DNA of 64,000 nt, from contig JAUXAG010000011.1 in assembly GCA_030614915.1 (NCBI GenBank), positions 26,516-90,515 on the forward strand. Reading direction: 5' to 3'. The number at the start of each line of letters is the position of its first letter. Position 1 is the stretch's first letter. Below are positions 8,626-19,169 of this stretch, in pieces. This DNA is from Actinomycetes bacterium (GTDB taxonomy: Bacteria; Planctomycetota; Phycisphaerae; JAACET01). The notes beneath the pieces are model-generated. The model worked only from the letters and a program-made list of their open reading frames with translations, was not told where the DNA came from and made no database searches. A program made the translations under genes and the position numbers.

Positions 8626-10237
8626 CTTCCAGCAGCAGCTTGTATTCCACCGAATCGACCAAGGCCAACCAAGAGGCCTCGATGATGTTTTCGCTAACGC
8701 CTACCGTTCCCCATTGGTGCTTGTCGTCGCGGCTCTGTATGACCACACAGACCTTCGCGGCTGTACCCTCTCTGGGGTTTATGACACGAACTTTATAATC
8801 GACGAGCCTTATTTCGTTCACGATGGGGTAGTGCGGTTGTAGTCCTTTTCTGAGGGCCTGATCCAGGGCATTCACTGGGCCGTCGCCCTCGGCTACGCAG
8901 TACTCCGTGTAACCATTGACTAAAATCTTGACGATAGCCTCGGTCAATGGCTCACCCACACCTCTACGGAGAATAGACGTACGATAATGATCCAACTCGA
9001 AGAAGCGGTGCCATCGCCCAAGAGCCTTGTGCAGAAGGATCTCGAAACTGGCCTCGGCGACCTCGAACTGATAGCCCTCGTTCTCCAGGTCTTGAACCTC
9101 ATTGAGAACCTTGCGAAGAACTTTGCGGTCTTCGATCAGGGCCAATTTCTCGCTCTTGGCCAATATGGTAGCCGCGCCGGAGAGTTCCGAGATGATAATC
9201 CGCCGCGTGTTCCCTACGTCTTCGGGTCTGACGTGTTCATAGCTGGCCGTATCCCGCTGCATGGCGTGCGCGTGCATGCCTCCCTTGTGGGCAAAGGCTG
9301 CCGCCCCCACGAACGGCTGATAGTCGGGCCGAGTTTGCAGACTGATCTCTGCCACGTAGCGCGAAAGCTCGGTCAGCTTGCGCAGCGAACCGCTCCGCAG
9401 GCACTTTTTATTCATCTTCAGCACCAGGTTAGGCACCACCGCCGTCAAGTCGGCGTTGCCGCAGCGCTCACCAAGGCCGTTGATGGTCCCCTGCACGTGT
9501 ACCGCCCCCGCAGCTACGGCCGCCAGCGTCCCCGCCACCGCCAGAGACGAGTCGTTATGTACGTGAATACCCAGTGGCACATCCACGGTTTGACGGGCTT
9601 TGCGGAATAGTTCCCCAATGTCTTCCGGCAGCGTTCCGCCGTTGGTGTCGCACAGGCAGATCAAATCAGCCCCCGCTCCGGCTGCTCTCCTCAAGGTTTC
9701 CAGAGCATATTCGGGATTGTGCTTGTAACCGTCGAAAAAATGTTCGGCGTCGAAGATTACCTCCCGCCGGCTCCGGCGGAAAAAATCCAGCGAATCTGAG
9801 ATCATATTCAGGTTCTCTTCCAGCGAGGTCCGCAGCACCTTGCGCACGTGCAGGTCCCAGCTCTTACCCACGATGGTTACCACCGCCGCCGGGCAGGACT
9901 TCAGGGCTTTTAGCGAGCTGTCACTTTGCGGGCGGGTTTTTGGCTTACGGGTCATGCCGAAAGCGGCAATCCGCCCATGGCCCAGCTTGAGCTTCTTGAC
10001 CTCACGGAAGAAGGCCCGGTCCTTCGGATTGCTCAGCGGATACCCGCCCTCGATGTAGTCCACCCCGATATCATCCAGCCGGGCGGCAATGGAGAGCTTG
10101 TCCTTGAGGCTCCAAGACACACCCAGGGCCTGGGCCCCGTCACGCAGGGTGGTATCGTAAATGGCGATTCGTTTGGGCAATTTAGGCTTATTCTTACCCA
10201 CGTGGTACTCACTTTTCTTGACGTTGCACTGGCCCAC
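8576..10237 (-). CDS. Citramalate synthase / 2-isopropylmalate synthase family (HMGL-like + LeuA dimerisation domain)
   Basis: IAIYDTTLRDGAQ N-terminal motif, 553 aa with C-terminal regulatory domain. Cannot choose cimA versus leuA from sequence alone. Confidence 0.85.
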   Translation of the reverse strand: MGQCNVKKSEYHVGKNKPKLPKRIAIYDTTLRDGAQALGVSWSLKDKLSIAARLDDIGVDYIEGGYPLSNPKDRAFFREVKKLKLGHGRIAAFGMTRKPKTRPQSDSSLKALKSCPAAVVTIVGKSWDLHVRKVLRTSLEENLNMISDSLDFFRRSRREVIFDAEHFFDGYKHNPEYALETLRRAAGAGADLICLCDTNGGTLPEDIGELFRKARQTVDVPLGIHVHNDSSLAVAGTLAAVAAGAVHVQGTINGLGERCGNADLTAVVPNLVLKMNKKCLRSGSLRKLTELSRYVAEISLQTRPDYQPFVGAAAFAHKGGMHAHAMQRDTASYEHVRPEDVGNTRRIIISELSGAATILAKSEKLALIEDRKVLRKVLNEVQDLENEGYQFEVAEASFEILLHKALGRWHRFFELDHYRTSILRRGVGEPLTEAIVKILVNGYTEYCVAEGDGPVNALDQALRKGLQPHYPIVNEIRLVDYKVRVINPREGTAAKVCVVIQSRDDKHQWGTVGVSENIIEASWLALVDSVEYKLLLEEDKDKGTQAQRHKGTK

Positions 10238-10247
10238 ATCGTTGTTT

Positions 10248-10385
10248 AGCCCCCAGGTTTATCCTGGGGGTTTCTTTGTTTAATCCATATATCGCCCATA
10301 AGCCCCCCAAAGACAAGTGCAAAATTCGTCCCTCATCACCTCCTCGTCGCCCTCGCTTTGTGCCTTTGTGCCTCTGTGCCTCACT
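10248..10385. repeat. Mosaic repeats: family B palindrome (AGCCCCCAGGTTTATCCTGGGGGTTTCTTT) plus D-type TGTGCCTY module
   Basis: Seen directly; family B copies at 25540, 37045 and 37215. Confidence 0.6.
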
Positions 10386-10448
10386 TATTTGTTAGCAATT
10401 GACATCTCGGCCAAAATGCCGTACCAGTAGGATATATTCGCCTCATCT

Positions 10449-11870
10449 TTGCCGGACCTTGTTATGCTGCGTCACTTCGAACTCTTCTTGGCCTGTCGCT
10501 ACTTGAAGAAGAAACGGCTGGCCTTTTTCTCCATCGCCGCCGTCGCTTTATCCGTTGCCATGCTCATCGTGGTCTCCAGCGTAACCGGCGGCTTCGTGAA
10601 GCAGTACCGCGTTGCCTGCCACAGCTCTTATGGCGACATTATCATCAGTGCCGACAGTTTGATGGGCTTTCCTTACTACGATGAACTTGTCACTCAGGCC
10701 CGCAAGCTCGACGGTCTCCGGGAGGCTACTGCCGTCATCAAGCTCCCCGGCCTTCTACGCATTGACCAGCCCGGAAGATTCAAGCTCTTCGTCAAGGGCG
10801 TTCAAGTTCTGGGCATCGAACCCAAAAGCTATTCACAAATCACCAACTTCAAAGCCGGGCTTTGGAAGCAATCCAAACTGGATGCTCCGCCCAGCCTGGC
10901 CCTTCCCGATAAGCTTCCCGACAATCCCTATCTCAAGGGAGTCAAACTCAGGGGGGCCTGCATCGTCGGCGTGGAGGTCGTCTGCAACCGTTCCTCCGAT
11001 GCCAGCTATCACCGCAAAAAAGATTTATACAACTCGCCGGTCATTATCAGCGTCATGGCCCTCAAACGCACTGGCCTGATCGACGTCGATGCGACCGTCA
11101 GATATCCCTTCCTGCTCATCGACGACTTCGAAGCCTCTGTCCCCCTGATCACAGAACCGACTGTCTACATTCCTTTTGCCTTGGCCCAGAAAATGTCCCG
11201 GATGCTCGAATATCACGACGACGATGCCGCACGCACCAAACCAGCTCGGGCCTCCCAAGTCCAGATCCTCGCCGAGCCCGACGCAGACCTGCAGGAACTT
11301 AAAAAACGTCTGCGGGAGATCTGGGATAAAATCGCCTGGGACAACGCCTATCTCGGCGGGGCAATGGTCTTCGAAACCTGGGACGAGCAGGAGGGCATTG
11401 CCAGTTTCATTGCCCAGTTTGAGCGGGAACGCACTCTAATGACCATTCTTTTTGGCATTATGGGAGTAGTGAGTGTATTCCTTATCTTTTGTATCTTTTT
11501 CGTGATCGTCACCGAGAAGATTCCGGACATCGGCATCATCAAGAGCGTGGGCGGCTCCAGTGCGGCAGTGGGGCGCATCTTCTTCGTCTATGCCGGGGCC
11601 GTCGGAGTGGTCGGCGCCTTTCTGGGCTTGGCCATGGGTTGGCCGTTTGTGGTACACATTAATGCTATTCACGACTGGGTGGCCCAAACCTTTGACTGGA
11701 GAGTTTATGATGCCGCCGTTTTGCTCTTTCCCTACATTCCCAACGAGGTGGATTGGTATGCTACTACGATTATTATGATTGCCGCCCTCGTGGGATCTCT
11801 GATTGGTTCAATGATCCCCGCTGCTCGGGCGGCCCTGATGAAGCCGATACAGGCCTTGCGCTATGAATAA
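10449..11870 (+). CDS. ABC transporter permease, FtsX/LolC-LolE family
   Basis: N-terminal TM, large periplasmic loop, C-terminal three TMs. Overlaps the downstream ATPase gene. Confidence 0.8.
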   Translation: MPDLVMLRHFELFLACRYLKKKRLAFFSIAAVALSVAMLIVVSSVTGGFVKQYRVACHSSYGDIIISADSLMGFPYYDELVTQARKLDGLREATAVIKLPGLLRIDQPGRFKLFVKGVQVLGIEPKSYSQITNFKAGLWKQSKLDAPPSLALPDKLPDNPYLKGVKLRGACIVGVEVVCNRSSDASYHRKKDLYNSPVIISVMALKRTGLIDVDATVRYPFLLIDDFEASVPLITEPTVYIPFALAQKMSRMLEYHDDDAARTKPARASQVQILAEPDADLQELKKRLREIWDKIAWDNAYLGGAMVFETWDEQEGIASFIAQFERERTLMTILFGIMGVVSVFLIFCIFFVIVTEKIPDIGIIKSVGGSSAAVGRIFFVYAGAVGVVGAFLGLAMGWPFVVHINAIHDWVAQTFDWRVYDAAVLLFPYIPNEVDWYATTIIMIAALVGSLIGSMIPAARAALMKPIQALRYE

Positions 11871-12564
11871 CACGATTATCCGAGCAGAGAATCTCGTCAA
11901 GACCTACACCACCGGTCCGGAAGTCCTGCGGATCCTCCGCGGCCTGGAGCTGTCCGTCCGCCCAGGCGAATTCCTGGCCGTCACCGGTGTCAGCGGCTCG
12001 GGCAAGAGCACTCTACTGCACCTCCTGGGCCTGCTCGATGAATGCGATTCCGGCCGTATCTACTTCGACGAACAGGACGTCTCGGCGCTTTCCAGGGCCC
12101 AACGCGACCGGCTCCGCAACCGCCAGATCGGCTTCGTCTTTCAGTTTTACCATCTGCTCCCGGAGCTGACCGTGCTGGAGAACACTATGCTGCCGGCCAT
12201 GGTAACTAATTCCACCTTCTCTTGGTTAGGCAGCCGAGCTAAGTTGCGCAAACAAGCTTTGGAAATTCTAAACCAACTCTCTTTGGCTGATAGGGCTAAG
12301 CACCGACCCGCTCAGCTCTCCGGCGGAGAGCAGCAGCGGACGGCCATCGCCCGAGCCCTGATAAACAAACCACGCCTGTTGCTGGCCGACGAGCCCACCG
12401 GGAACCTCGACCTGGACACCGGGGCCCGCATTCTCGATTTGCTCGAAACACTCAATTCCCAGCACAACCAGACCATCGTGATGGTTAGCCACGACCCGGA
12501 CACCGCCAACCGGGCCCATCGATGCCTGCACCTGGAGCAAGGTCAAATTCACAACTGCTCCTGA
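11863..12564 (+). CDS. ABC transporter ATP-binding protein, LolD/MacB-type
   Basis: Walker A (GVSGSGKST), signature (LSGGEQQRTAIARAL), Walker B (LLLADEPTGNLD). Confidence 0.9.
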   Translation: MNNTIIRAENLVKTYTTGPEVLRILRGLELSVRPGEFLAVTGVSGSGKSTLLHLLGLLDECDSGRIYFDEQDVSALSRAQRDRLRNRQIGFVFQFYHLLPELTVLENTMLPAMVTNSTFSWLGSRAKLRKQALEILNQLSLADRAKHRPAQLSGGEQQRTAIARALINKPRLLLADEPTGNLDLDTGARILDLLETLNSQHNQTIVMVSHDPDTANRAHRCLHLEQGQIHNCS

Positions 12565-12765
12565 ACTTACCAGATAGATAACAACTACAATATCGGACCA
12601 GGCTTTCCACGGCCCGTGCCCGCGTTTATTACCGCCAATACGGGCGCACAGGCCCTTAAGTACGACCCCTAACAAGCCGACAAGACTATGAGAAAAGTGT
12701 CCGATTGACCCGGAAAATCCCTCGGTCGGGCTCTGTGGCTGGCCGGGCTAAGCCGACAAAAAAGG

Positions 12766-15093
12766 ATGCCCATGACTTCCAATAAAACCAAGCCGAACGG
12801 CCAAAGTAAGCCCGGTTCGACACATCAGAAGCCCCCCGAGCTTGCCAACCGTACCTTCTGGTTACTGATTTTGACCGGATTGCTGCCTTCGCTGGTGGCT
12901 GCCCTGGTCAGCGTTCAAACTCAGCAGTCGCTGCTGACAAAGCGGGCCAGGAATCTGCAGACCTCAGCCAACCAGTTAGCCCAATCATTTAGCAGCCGTC
13001 TGCAGAATGCCGCGGCCGAACTGTACCCGCTGGCCCAGGACAAGCTCATGGCCGATCCGCGAGTCTCAACCGACCAGAAGCTCGCCCGGATGCGTCGGCT
13101 TCAAGCCTCTTCTGAGATTTTCGACGAGCTATTTCTGCTCAGCTCAAAGGGACAGGTGTTGGCCTCAACCGATCCGGCGGCGCCGCCGTCTGTGCTGCAG
13201 CGGGATTGGTTGGCGGATGCTCGGCAAGGTATAGCCAGCGTTCACGGCCCAGTTACCCTGGAACAGGGCCAGCCCCAAGGCCTGTTCTTGTCGTGGCTCG
13301 TAGAGCAAAAGCCCGATGGGGCTCCTGTGGTGCTGGTCGGCTTTGCCGCCTTGGACGCCCTGGCCGCCGACATGGAATCATTCGTGCAGGGCCAAAGCGG
13401 TGTAGCCATGCTCGCTGCCGGGGACGGGCAGATATTGGCTGGCAGCACACCTGGCCTGGTGGGCAAGCGCATCGCCGTCCCCTCGTCTGATTCTGGAAAG
13501 GCCATGGATTCCAGTTGGCGGGTCGCCCACTTGCTCAACACCGACGATGCGTACTTCACTGCCGACAGCGCCTTGGCCTATCCGGGATTACTAAGCGACG
13601 GTTCCTGGCAGGTCTTGGTCGCTCAGAGCCGCACCGAAATCTTACAGTCCACCCGTCAGTCCGCCACCTGGTCTTTGATTACCGTGGTTGTGGTTACCCC
13701 CGCGGTGCTGATCCTGGGCTTGATGTTCAGCCATTCCATGCGGAAAGGTTTGGGCACCTTGATTACCGCCACCAGGAACATAGCCCAGGGCGATCTTAGA
13801 CCTATGCCCCCGGTCAAGTCATACCATGAGATTGCCGTACTCGCTGAGACCTTCAACCAGATGACCGCCAGTTTGGCCAAGAGCCGCGATGAGGTCAAAC
13901 GCTATCAGCAACACCTGGAGAACCTCGTGGACGAGCGGACAAAGCAGCTTCAAGAAAAGAGCCAAGCCTTGGCTGTTTCCAACGATGAACTAAAGCTCCA
14001 GGCCCAGCACCTCGAGCAAGCCCGCCAGGAGGCGGTCAAGGCCCACGAGGTGCTCAAGGCCGCCCAGACCGAAATCGTGCAGATGGAAAAAATGTCCAGT
14101 TTGGGACAATTGGTCGCCGGCGTTGCCCATGAGATAAATACACCCGTCGGAGCGGTCTTTAACTGCATGGACCAGATGCATCATCGACTCAGCGATCTGC
14201 CCGGATACTTGGAGCTGATCCGCTCTATCTCCGACCAGCAGCTCCAGGACCTCCGCCAGCTGTTTACTAGAGCTCTGGAAACCCCTGCCGCTGCTGCCCT
14301 GATAGTCTCTGCCGCTGGGCGTAACGAGCTGATCGGCCAGGTCCGACAGATGGGCATAACCGAGCACACCAGAGAAGTTGCCGATCTGCTTGGCCGCTTC
14401 GGTTTGACCGACCAGCAGGACCTTGAGGCTGTGGGCCGCCTGGCCCGGAAGTACGATATCCTCGAATTCCTCCGAACCTTCGGTGACTTGTGCCAGTGCT
14501 CCAAGATTACTAAGCAAAGCGCCGAGAAAATCGCCGACATCGTCCAGGCTTTGCGATACTACTCCCACTCGGACGCTGATGCTGTAACTCCCATTGACAT
14601 CCGCGAGAGCCTCTCCAACACCCTGGTTATCATGCACAACAGGATTAAGTCCCTCGCCCAGCTCGAGTTGAAAGCACCCGATGACTTGCCCACTGTCCTG
14701 GGCAATGGTTCCCTCAGCCAGGTCTGGACCAACCTTATCAGTAATGCCCTCGGTGCCATCGAGGAGCGCGGCGAGGACTTCAGTGAGGGACGCTTGCTGA
14801 TTACTGCCGAGCACAGCGACCAGGATGAGGTGACGGTCACTGTAGGCGGCAATGGTCGGCCCATACCCCCCGAGGCACGTTCGAAGATATTCGATCCGTT
14901 TTTCACCACCAAAGGCGTTGGCCGGGGCTGCGGCCTGGGTTTGTCCGTAGTCACCGGAATCGTCAAGCAGCACCGCGGCAAAATCAGTTTCCAAACCAAT
15001 GACGATTGGACCAGTTTTACCGTAGTTATTCCTACTAAGGGAGCAGATGAACACCAGCCCGTCAAAACAGAAGTACTATGTAATATGCGTTGA
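12766..15093 (+). CDS. Sensor histidine kinase with periplasmic sensor domain, HAMP, coiled coil, HisKA and HATPase
   Basis: Two TM segments flank a periplasmic region of about 250 aa. HAMP, H-box (AGVAHEINTP) and G-box (GCGLGLSV) are present. Confidence 0.85.
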   Translation: MPMTSNKTKPNGQSKPGSTHQKPPELANRTFWLLILTGLLPSLVAALVSVQTQQSLLTKRARNLQTSANQLAQSFSSRLQNAAAELYPLAQDKLMADPRVSTDQKLARMRRLQASSEIFDELFLLSSKGQVLASTDPAAPPSVLQRDWLADARQGIASVHGPVTLEQGQPQGLFLSWLVEQKPDGAPVVLVGFAALDALAADMESFVQGQSGVAMLAAGDGQILAGSTPGLVGKRIAVPSSDSGKAMDSSWRVAHLLNTDDAYFTADSALAYPGLLSDGSWQVLVAQSRTEILQSTRQSATWSLITVVVVTPAVLILGLMFSHSMRKGLGTLITATRNIAQGDLRPMPPVKSYHEIAVLAETFNQMTASLAKSRDEVKRYQQHLENLVDERTKQLQEKSQALAVSNDELKLQAQHLEQARQEAVKAHEVLKAAQTEIVQMEKMSSLGQLVAGVAHEINTPVGAVFNCMDQMHHRLSDLPGYLELIRSISDQQLQDLRQLFTRALETPAAAALIVSAAGRNELIGQVRQMGITEHTREVADLLGRFGLTDQQDLEAVGRLARKYDILEFLRTFGDLCQCSKITKQSAEKIADIVQALRYYSHSDADAVTPIDIRESLSNTLVIMHNRIKSLAQLELKAPDDLPTVLGNGSLSQVWTNLISNALGAIEERGEDFSEGRLLITAEHSDQDEVTVTVGGNGRPIPPEARSKIFDPFFTTKGVGRGCGLGLSVVTGIVKQHRGKISFQTNDDWTSFTVVIPTKGADEHQPVKTEVLCNMR

Positions 15094-16654
15094 CGACGAC
15101 GCCGATTTTTTGGCATCTTTGACCGATCCGCTCCGCAGGGCCCTGGATCGGCTCGGAGCCGACATCCGCTGTGATTGCGAGTTTGTCGACAGCGCTGACT
15201 CTGCCGTGGCTCTGTGCCGGCAAATCGCCGCCCAGGGCGAAGAATGTGCTCTGATCATAACCGACCAGAGGATGCCCGACACCAGTGGGCTCGAGTTGCT
15301 TGAGCAGCTCCGCGAGATTTTCCCCCATGCCGCCAGGGTCTTGCTGACCGGATACGCCGGCCTTGATTCCGCCAGGCTGGCCATCAATAAGCGACTGCTC
15401 CACCGCTACATCAGCAAACCCATCTCGGACCTTACCGAGTTTTCAACCTCCATCGTCGGATTGGTCAACGAGTTTCACCTCCAACGCCTGACCAGACGCC
15501 AGCAGCAGGACCTCCAGCAGCAGGTCGTACTCCTCCAGCAGGCCAACGACCGGGTTACCAGGCTCAAGCTGGCCGCCGAGCAGGTGGCTTATTTCACTCA
15601 GGGCCTGGGCACCCTTGACCTGCAGGAAATCCTCTACCTCACGGTCAACAACGTTCCCCGGTTATTTGGGGCTGTTCATGCCATGCTGGTGGAGGTTGAT
15701 GACCAGGGAAAGCTTCGTTTACTGCGGCGTCTGGGGCACAGCTGCTGCGATTCCTTGCCTTGCGCACAAGTTCTGCCCGAACTTCTGGTCGATTTATTTG
15801 AACCGAATCGGCCCTGCCTGATTAGGCAATTGCCTGCCGATACTGACGCCGGTCTCCACGATCAGCGGGCTTTGCAGGTTATCATCCCCATCGATACCTC
15901 CCCCTGCCGGTCGGAGTCTTCATTTACTCAAGCAGCTCCAAGTGGCAGTGAATCTGTCCGTGCCTCCGGGCTGGTGCGCCCGACCCTCTTGTGCCTTTGC
16001 TGCCCGCGGGAGGATAATCAGCCCCAGCAGACCGAAGAGATAGAATACAAGGCAGCCTTGGTCCGGGACATTATCAAAACCAACCTCACCCACGCAGCCG
16101 TTTATGCCGAAAGTCAGCGGCTCAGCCGTTACGACAGCATGACTGGCCTTCTTGTTCGTCGAGTTTTCGAGGACCGCCTCGTCCAGGCCTGTCAAGAGAG
16201 CGATCGCTACGGTCGGCCGCTGAGCATGATCATGATGGACCTCGATAACTTTAAAGAGGTTAATGATACCTACGGCCATCTCAGCGGAGATTTTGTCCTG
16301 GAGGAAGTTGGCCAGTTGATCCGCAAGAACTTGCGATCCTGTGACATCGCTGCCCGCTACGGCGGAGACGAGTTTACCGCTTTACTTCCCGGAACTTCTG
16401 CCCACGGGGCCCAGAAACTCGCCGAACGCTTCCGCCGGAAGATTACCCAGCACGTTTTTGCTTACGAGCATTTGAAAATAACAGTGAGTATTGGCATAGC
16501 CACCTATGATCCACAGATTGATCAAAGCGCCCTGAGTTTGGTCCATCGAGCCGACGAGGCCATGTACCAGGCCAAGAGTACTGGCGGAGATTCGATCAGC
16601 TGGACCCAGACCTCTCGGCCACAGTTGCAGGATCAGCATGTAGCGGGGGTATGA
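15047..16654 (+). CDS. Response regulator receiver + GGDEF diguanylate cyclase
   Basis: REC domain with the phospho-accepting Asp context (LIITDQRMPD); C-terminal RYGGDEF active site. Confidence 0.85.
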   Translation: MNTSPSKQKYYVICVDDDADFLASLTDPLRRALDRLGADIRCDCEFVDSADSAVALCRQIAAQGEECALIITDQRMPDTSGLELLEQLREIFPHAARVLLTGYAGLDSARLAINKRLLHRYISKPISDLTEFSTSIVGLVNEFHLQRLTRRQQQDLQQQVVLLQQANDRVTRLKLAAEQVAYFTQGLGTLDLQEILYLTVNNVPRLFGAVHAMLVEVDDQGKLRLLRRLGHSCCDSLPCAQVLPELLVDLFEPNRPCLIRQLPADTDAGLHDQRALQVIIPIDTSPCRSESSFTQAAPSGSESVRASGLVRPTLLCLCCPREDNQPQQTEEIEYKAALVRDIIKTNLTHAAVYAESQRLSRYDSMTGLLVRRVFEDRLVQACQESDRYGRPLSMIMMDLDNFKEVNDTYGHLSGDFVLEEVGQLIRKNLRSCDIAARYGGDEFTALLPGTSAHGAQKLAERFRRKITQHVFAYEHLKITVSIGIATYDPQIDQSALSLVHRADEAMYQAKSTGGDSISWTQTSRPQLQDQHVAGV

Positions 16655-16658
16655 GAAT

Positions 16659-18650
16659 ATGGATTGGCCTATTCTAGTTGTCTGGCTTGACGGTCAGGCG
16701 GATTCGCAATTGCTCGAGATGCTCAGCTCCAAGGGCTGGGCCTTGGAGTCCGTCGCTTCGCTCCAAGAGACTCTGCACAGAGCCAGCCGGGCCGAGTATT
16801 TGGCCATTGTCATTCAAGTCTCTCAAGCCCCCGCCCCGGAACAACTCGAAGGGCTCTTTCGGCTCAGAAAATTGCAGCCCTTGGCCCCGGTCTTTCTCCT
16901 GGGCCGGGCCGAGATCGACACCGCCCAAATCCTGACCAAACTGGGCCTGAATAGCGCTTCTTGGCTGCAATCTACTAGCGAGCTTCACCAGATCCTCTCG
17001 GATGTGCTCAGTGCTGAGTGTGATCAAGGCTTGAGCGATACGGTTATCCTCTGTGTCGATGACGACCCCGATTTTCTGCTGTCTATGCAGCAGTGGCTTG
17101 AGCCTCGTTTGGCCGAGTGCTTCGGCGATCGTGGCCGACCACAATTAGAGTTTGCTTCCTCACCGGCCCAGGCCTTGGAGTTTGCCGCCCAGATGAGCCG
17201 CCAAGCCCCTGACTCTCCCACGCATGCCCAGAGTCCTGCTCAAGACCAGTCCGAGCAATACGGCCAGGCTCGACAGTTGGGTTTGGTTTTGACCGACCAG
17301 AAGATGCCCAAAACCAGCGGTACTGAGCTTTTGACCCAGGTCAAAGCAATGCTCCCCAAGGCCCGTCGGGCCCTGCTGACCGGACATGCCGGGCTCGATT
17401 CGGCCGTTACCGCCATCAATAAGCAACTCGTCGACAGGTATTTTACCAAGCCCATTACCGACCACGTTGATTTTGCCAACGGCATAGTCCATCTGCTCAA
17501 CGAGTACCTCCTCGGCGAACGCCAGGAATGGTACATTGCCCGCCTCCGTGCCCAGTATGAATTCGCCAGGGATTTATCCACTCAGGCCAGCCTCAGGGAT
17601 GTGCTCGATTTGACGGTCAGCTTTATCGCTGAAAATCTTCAGTGCAGCCGGGTTTCCATAATGCTCATCGAGGATAACTGCCTGGTGGTCAAGGCTTACT
17701 GCGGACTGCCCGAACAGCTGGACGTGGAGAATATCCGCATTCCCATTGGCCGGGGCGTGGCCGGAAACGTCTTCCAAAGTGCCCTGCCTAATTACCACAA
17801 TGATAGGAATCCGAACTATTGGCAGGAGGATGACTCGCCGGTCGAGTCCAGCTTTCGCGTCTTCGCTTCCGTACCCTTGATGTTGGCCCCCCTGCGCGTG
17901 CACGATATGCCTCTGGGCGTGATCAACGTTACCGAGCGGATGGATGATAAGCCCTTCACCCGTGATGAGGCCGCCCTGTTGGCCTACATTGCCGACACCG
18001 TTTCCATCGCTATTAACAATCAGCTCAGCCGGCGTGAGGTCGAGAACCTTTATTACCAGACCATCACCAGCCTGGCCCTGGCCATGGAATCGAAGGACCC
18101 CTACACTGCCGGCCACAGCCAACGAGTGCACGAATACTCCGTGGGCATTGCCCGGCAGTTGAACTTATCCGCCGAGGATGTCGAGCAGATCGGTAGAGCT
18201 GCCTTGCTCCACGATCTGGGCAAGATCGGCGTCCCTGAACAGATCGTGGACAAGCCCGGACCGATGACCGAAGGCGAGTTCCATCAGATGGCCCGCCATC
18301 CTTCCGAGGGGGCCCGGATTATTCAGGCCCTGAGCTTCTTGAAGCACTTGGCCCCCATTGTTCGCAGTCATCACGAGCGGCTGGACGGCCAGGGATATCC
18401 GGACCATGTCAAGGCCCAGGATATACCGTTGGCCGCTCGCATAATAGCCGTCGCTGATACCGTCGACGCCATGACCTCAGACCGGCCCTACCGAAAGGGC
18501 CTGCCCGTCGAAGATATGCTCGCCGAACTCCAGAAGGTCAGCGGCTCCCAACTCGACGTCCAATGCGTCCAGGCCTTTATTGCCTTCTGGAACGATCGTC
18601 AGGGCGACAAGGCCCATGCTGAGGCATTGGCCCAGGCCGTCACCGACTAA
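16659..18650 (+). CDS. Response regulator receiver + GAF + HD-GYP phosphodiesterase
   Basis: Second REC (LVLTDQKMPKTSG), a GAF-like region, and HD...HHERLDGQGYP HD-GYP motifs. Confidence 0.85.
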   Translation: MDWPILVVWLDGQADSQLLEMLSSKGWALESVASLQETLHRASRAEYLAIVIQVSQAPAPEQLEGLFRLRKLQPLAPVFLLGRAEIDTAQILTKLGLNSASWLQSTSELHQILSDVLSAECDQGLSDTVILCVDDDPDFLLSMQQWLEPRLAECFGDRGRPQLEFASSPAQALEFAAQMSRQAPDSPTHAQSPAQDQSEQYGQARQLGLVLTDQKMPKTSGTELLTQVKAMLPKARRALLTGHAGLDSAVTAINKQLVDRYFTKPITDHVDFANGIVHLLNEYLLGERQEWYIARLRAQYEFARDLSTQASLRDVLDLTVSFIAENLQCSRVSIMLIEDNCLVVKAYCGLPEQLDVENIRIPIGRGVAGNVFQSALPNYHNDRNPNYWQEDDSPVESSFRVFASVPLMLAPLRVHDMPLGVINVTERMDDKPFTRDEAALLAYIADTVSIAINNQLSRREVENLYYQTITSLALAMESKDPYTAGHSQRVHEYSVGIARQLNLSAEDVEQIGRAALLHDLGKIGVPEQIVDKPGPMTEGEFHQMARHPSEGARIIQALSFLKHLAPIVRSHHERLDGQGYPDHVKAQDIPLAARIIAVADTVDAMTSDRPYRKGLPVEDMLAELQKVSGSQLDVQCVQAFIAFWNDRQGDKAHAEALAQAVTD

Positions 18651-18654
18651 TCCC

Positions 18655-18950
18655 CGCGCACCTCTGTCATCCCTACGCACCCCTGTCATCCCCGCGCAGG
18701 CGGGGATCCATCTTTCTCTATTTTCTGCGCAATCTGCGAAATCTGCGTCTAATGGTAATCTGTATTTCTTTCTGTATTTTCCCCCTCAAGCCTCAGGCCT
18801 CAAGCCTTTCTTACGCCGGGGGTCTCTTAACTGGAGCAGACACTTTTTGTCACCTTGCTGCGTCTCTGGGCCAAAATCGGCGTTCCCCCGAAAAAAGCCT
18901 AAAACTTTTGAAGAAAGCAAATTTCTTGCTTGACTAGCTAAGTCGTTTGT
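18655..18950. repeat. Intergenic mosaic of repeat modules (family A hairpin, F-type ATCTGCG 9-mers, E-type CCTCAAGCCTCAGGCC)
   Basis: tgtcatccccgcgcaggcgggg, ttctgcgcaatctgcgaaatctgcgtctaat, cctcaagcctcaggcctcaagcctttctt. Confidence 0.55.
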
Positions 18951-19169
18951 GCTATAAAGATTGTGGTCGCGAGGGGGCTATTTTCGTGCCCTTCTTGGTG
19001 AACCTGAAAACTTTTGGCAGGTGGAGCAGACACTTCGTGTCTTTGCTAATCGGCCTTGCCAGCGTCGTACGTTCAAACCGATCGGCGAAGGCTTCAATAA
19101 CTCTTAGGAATGGGGCGAATGCCCCCGTGTCGTTTTTGTTTGTTGTCAAGTTTAGAAAGAGAGAAAAAA

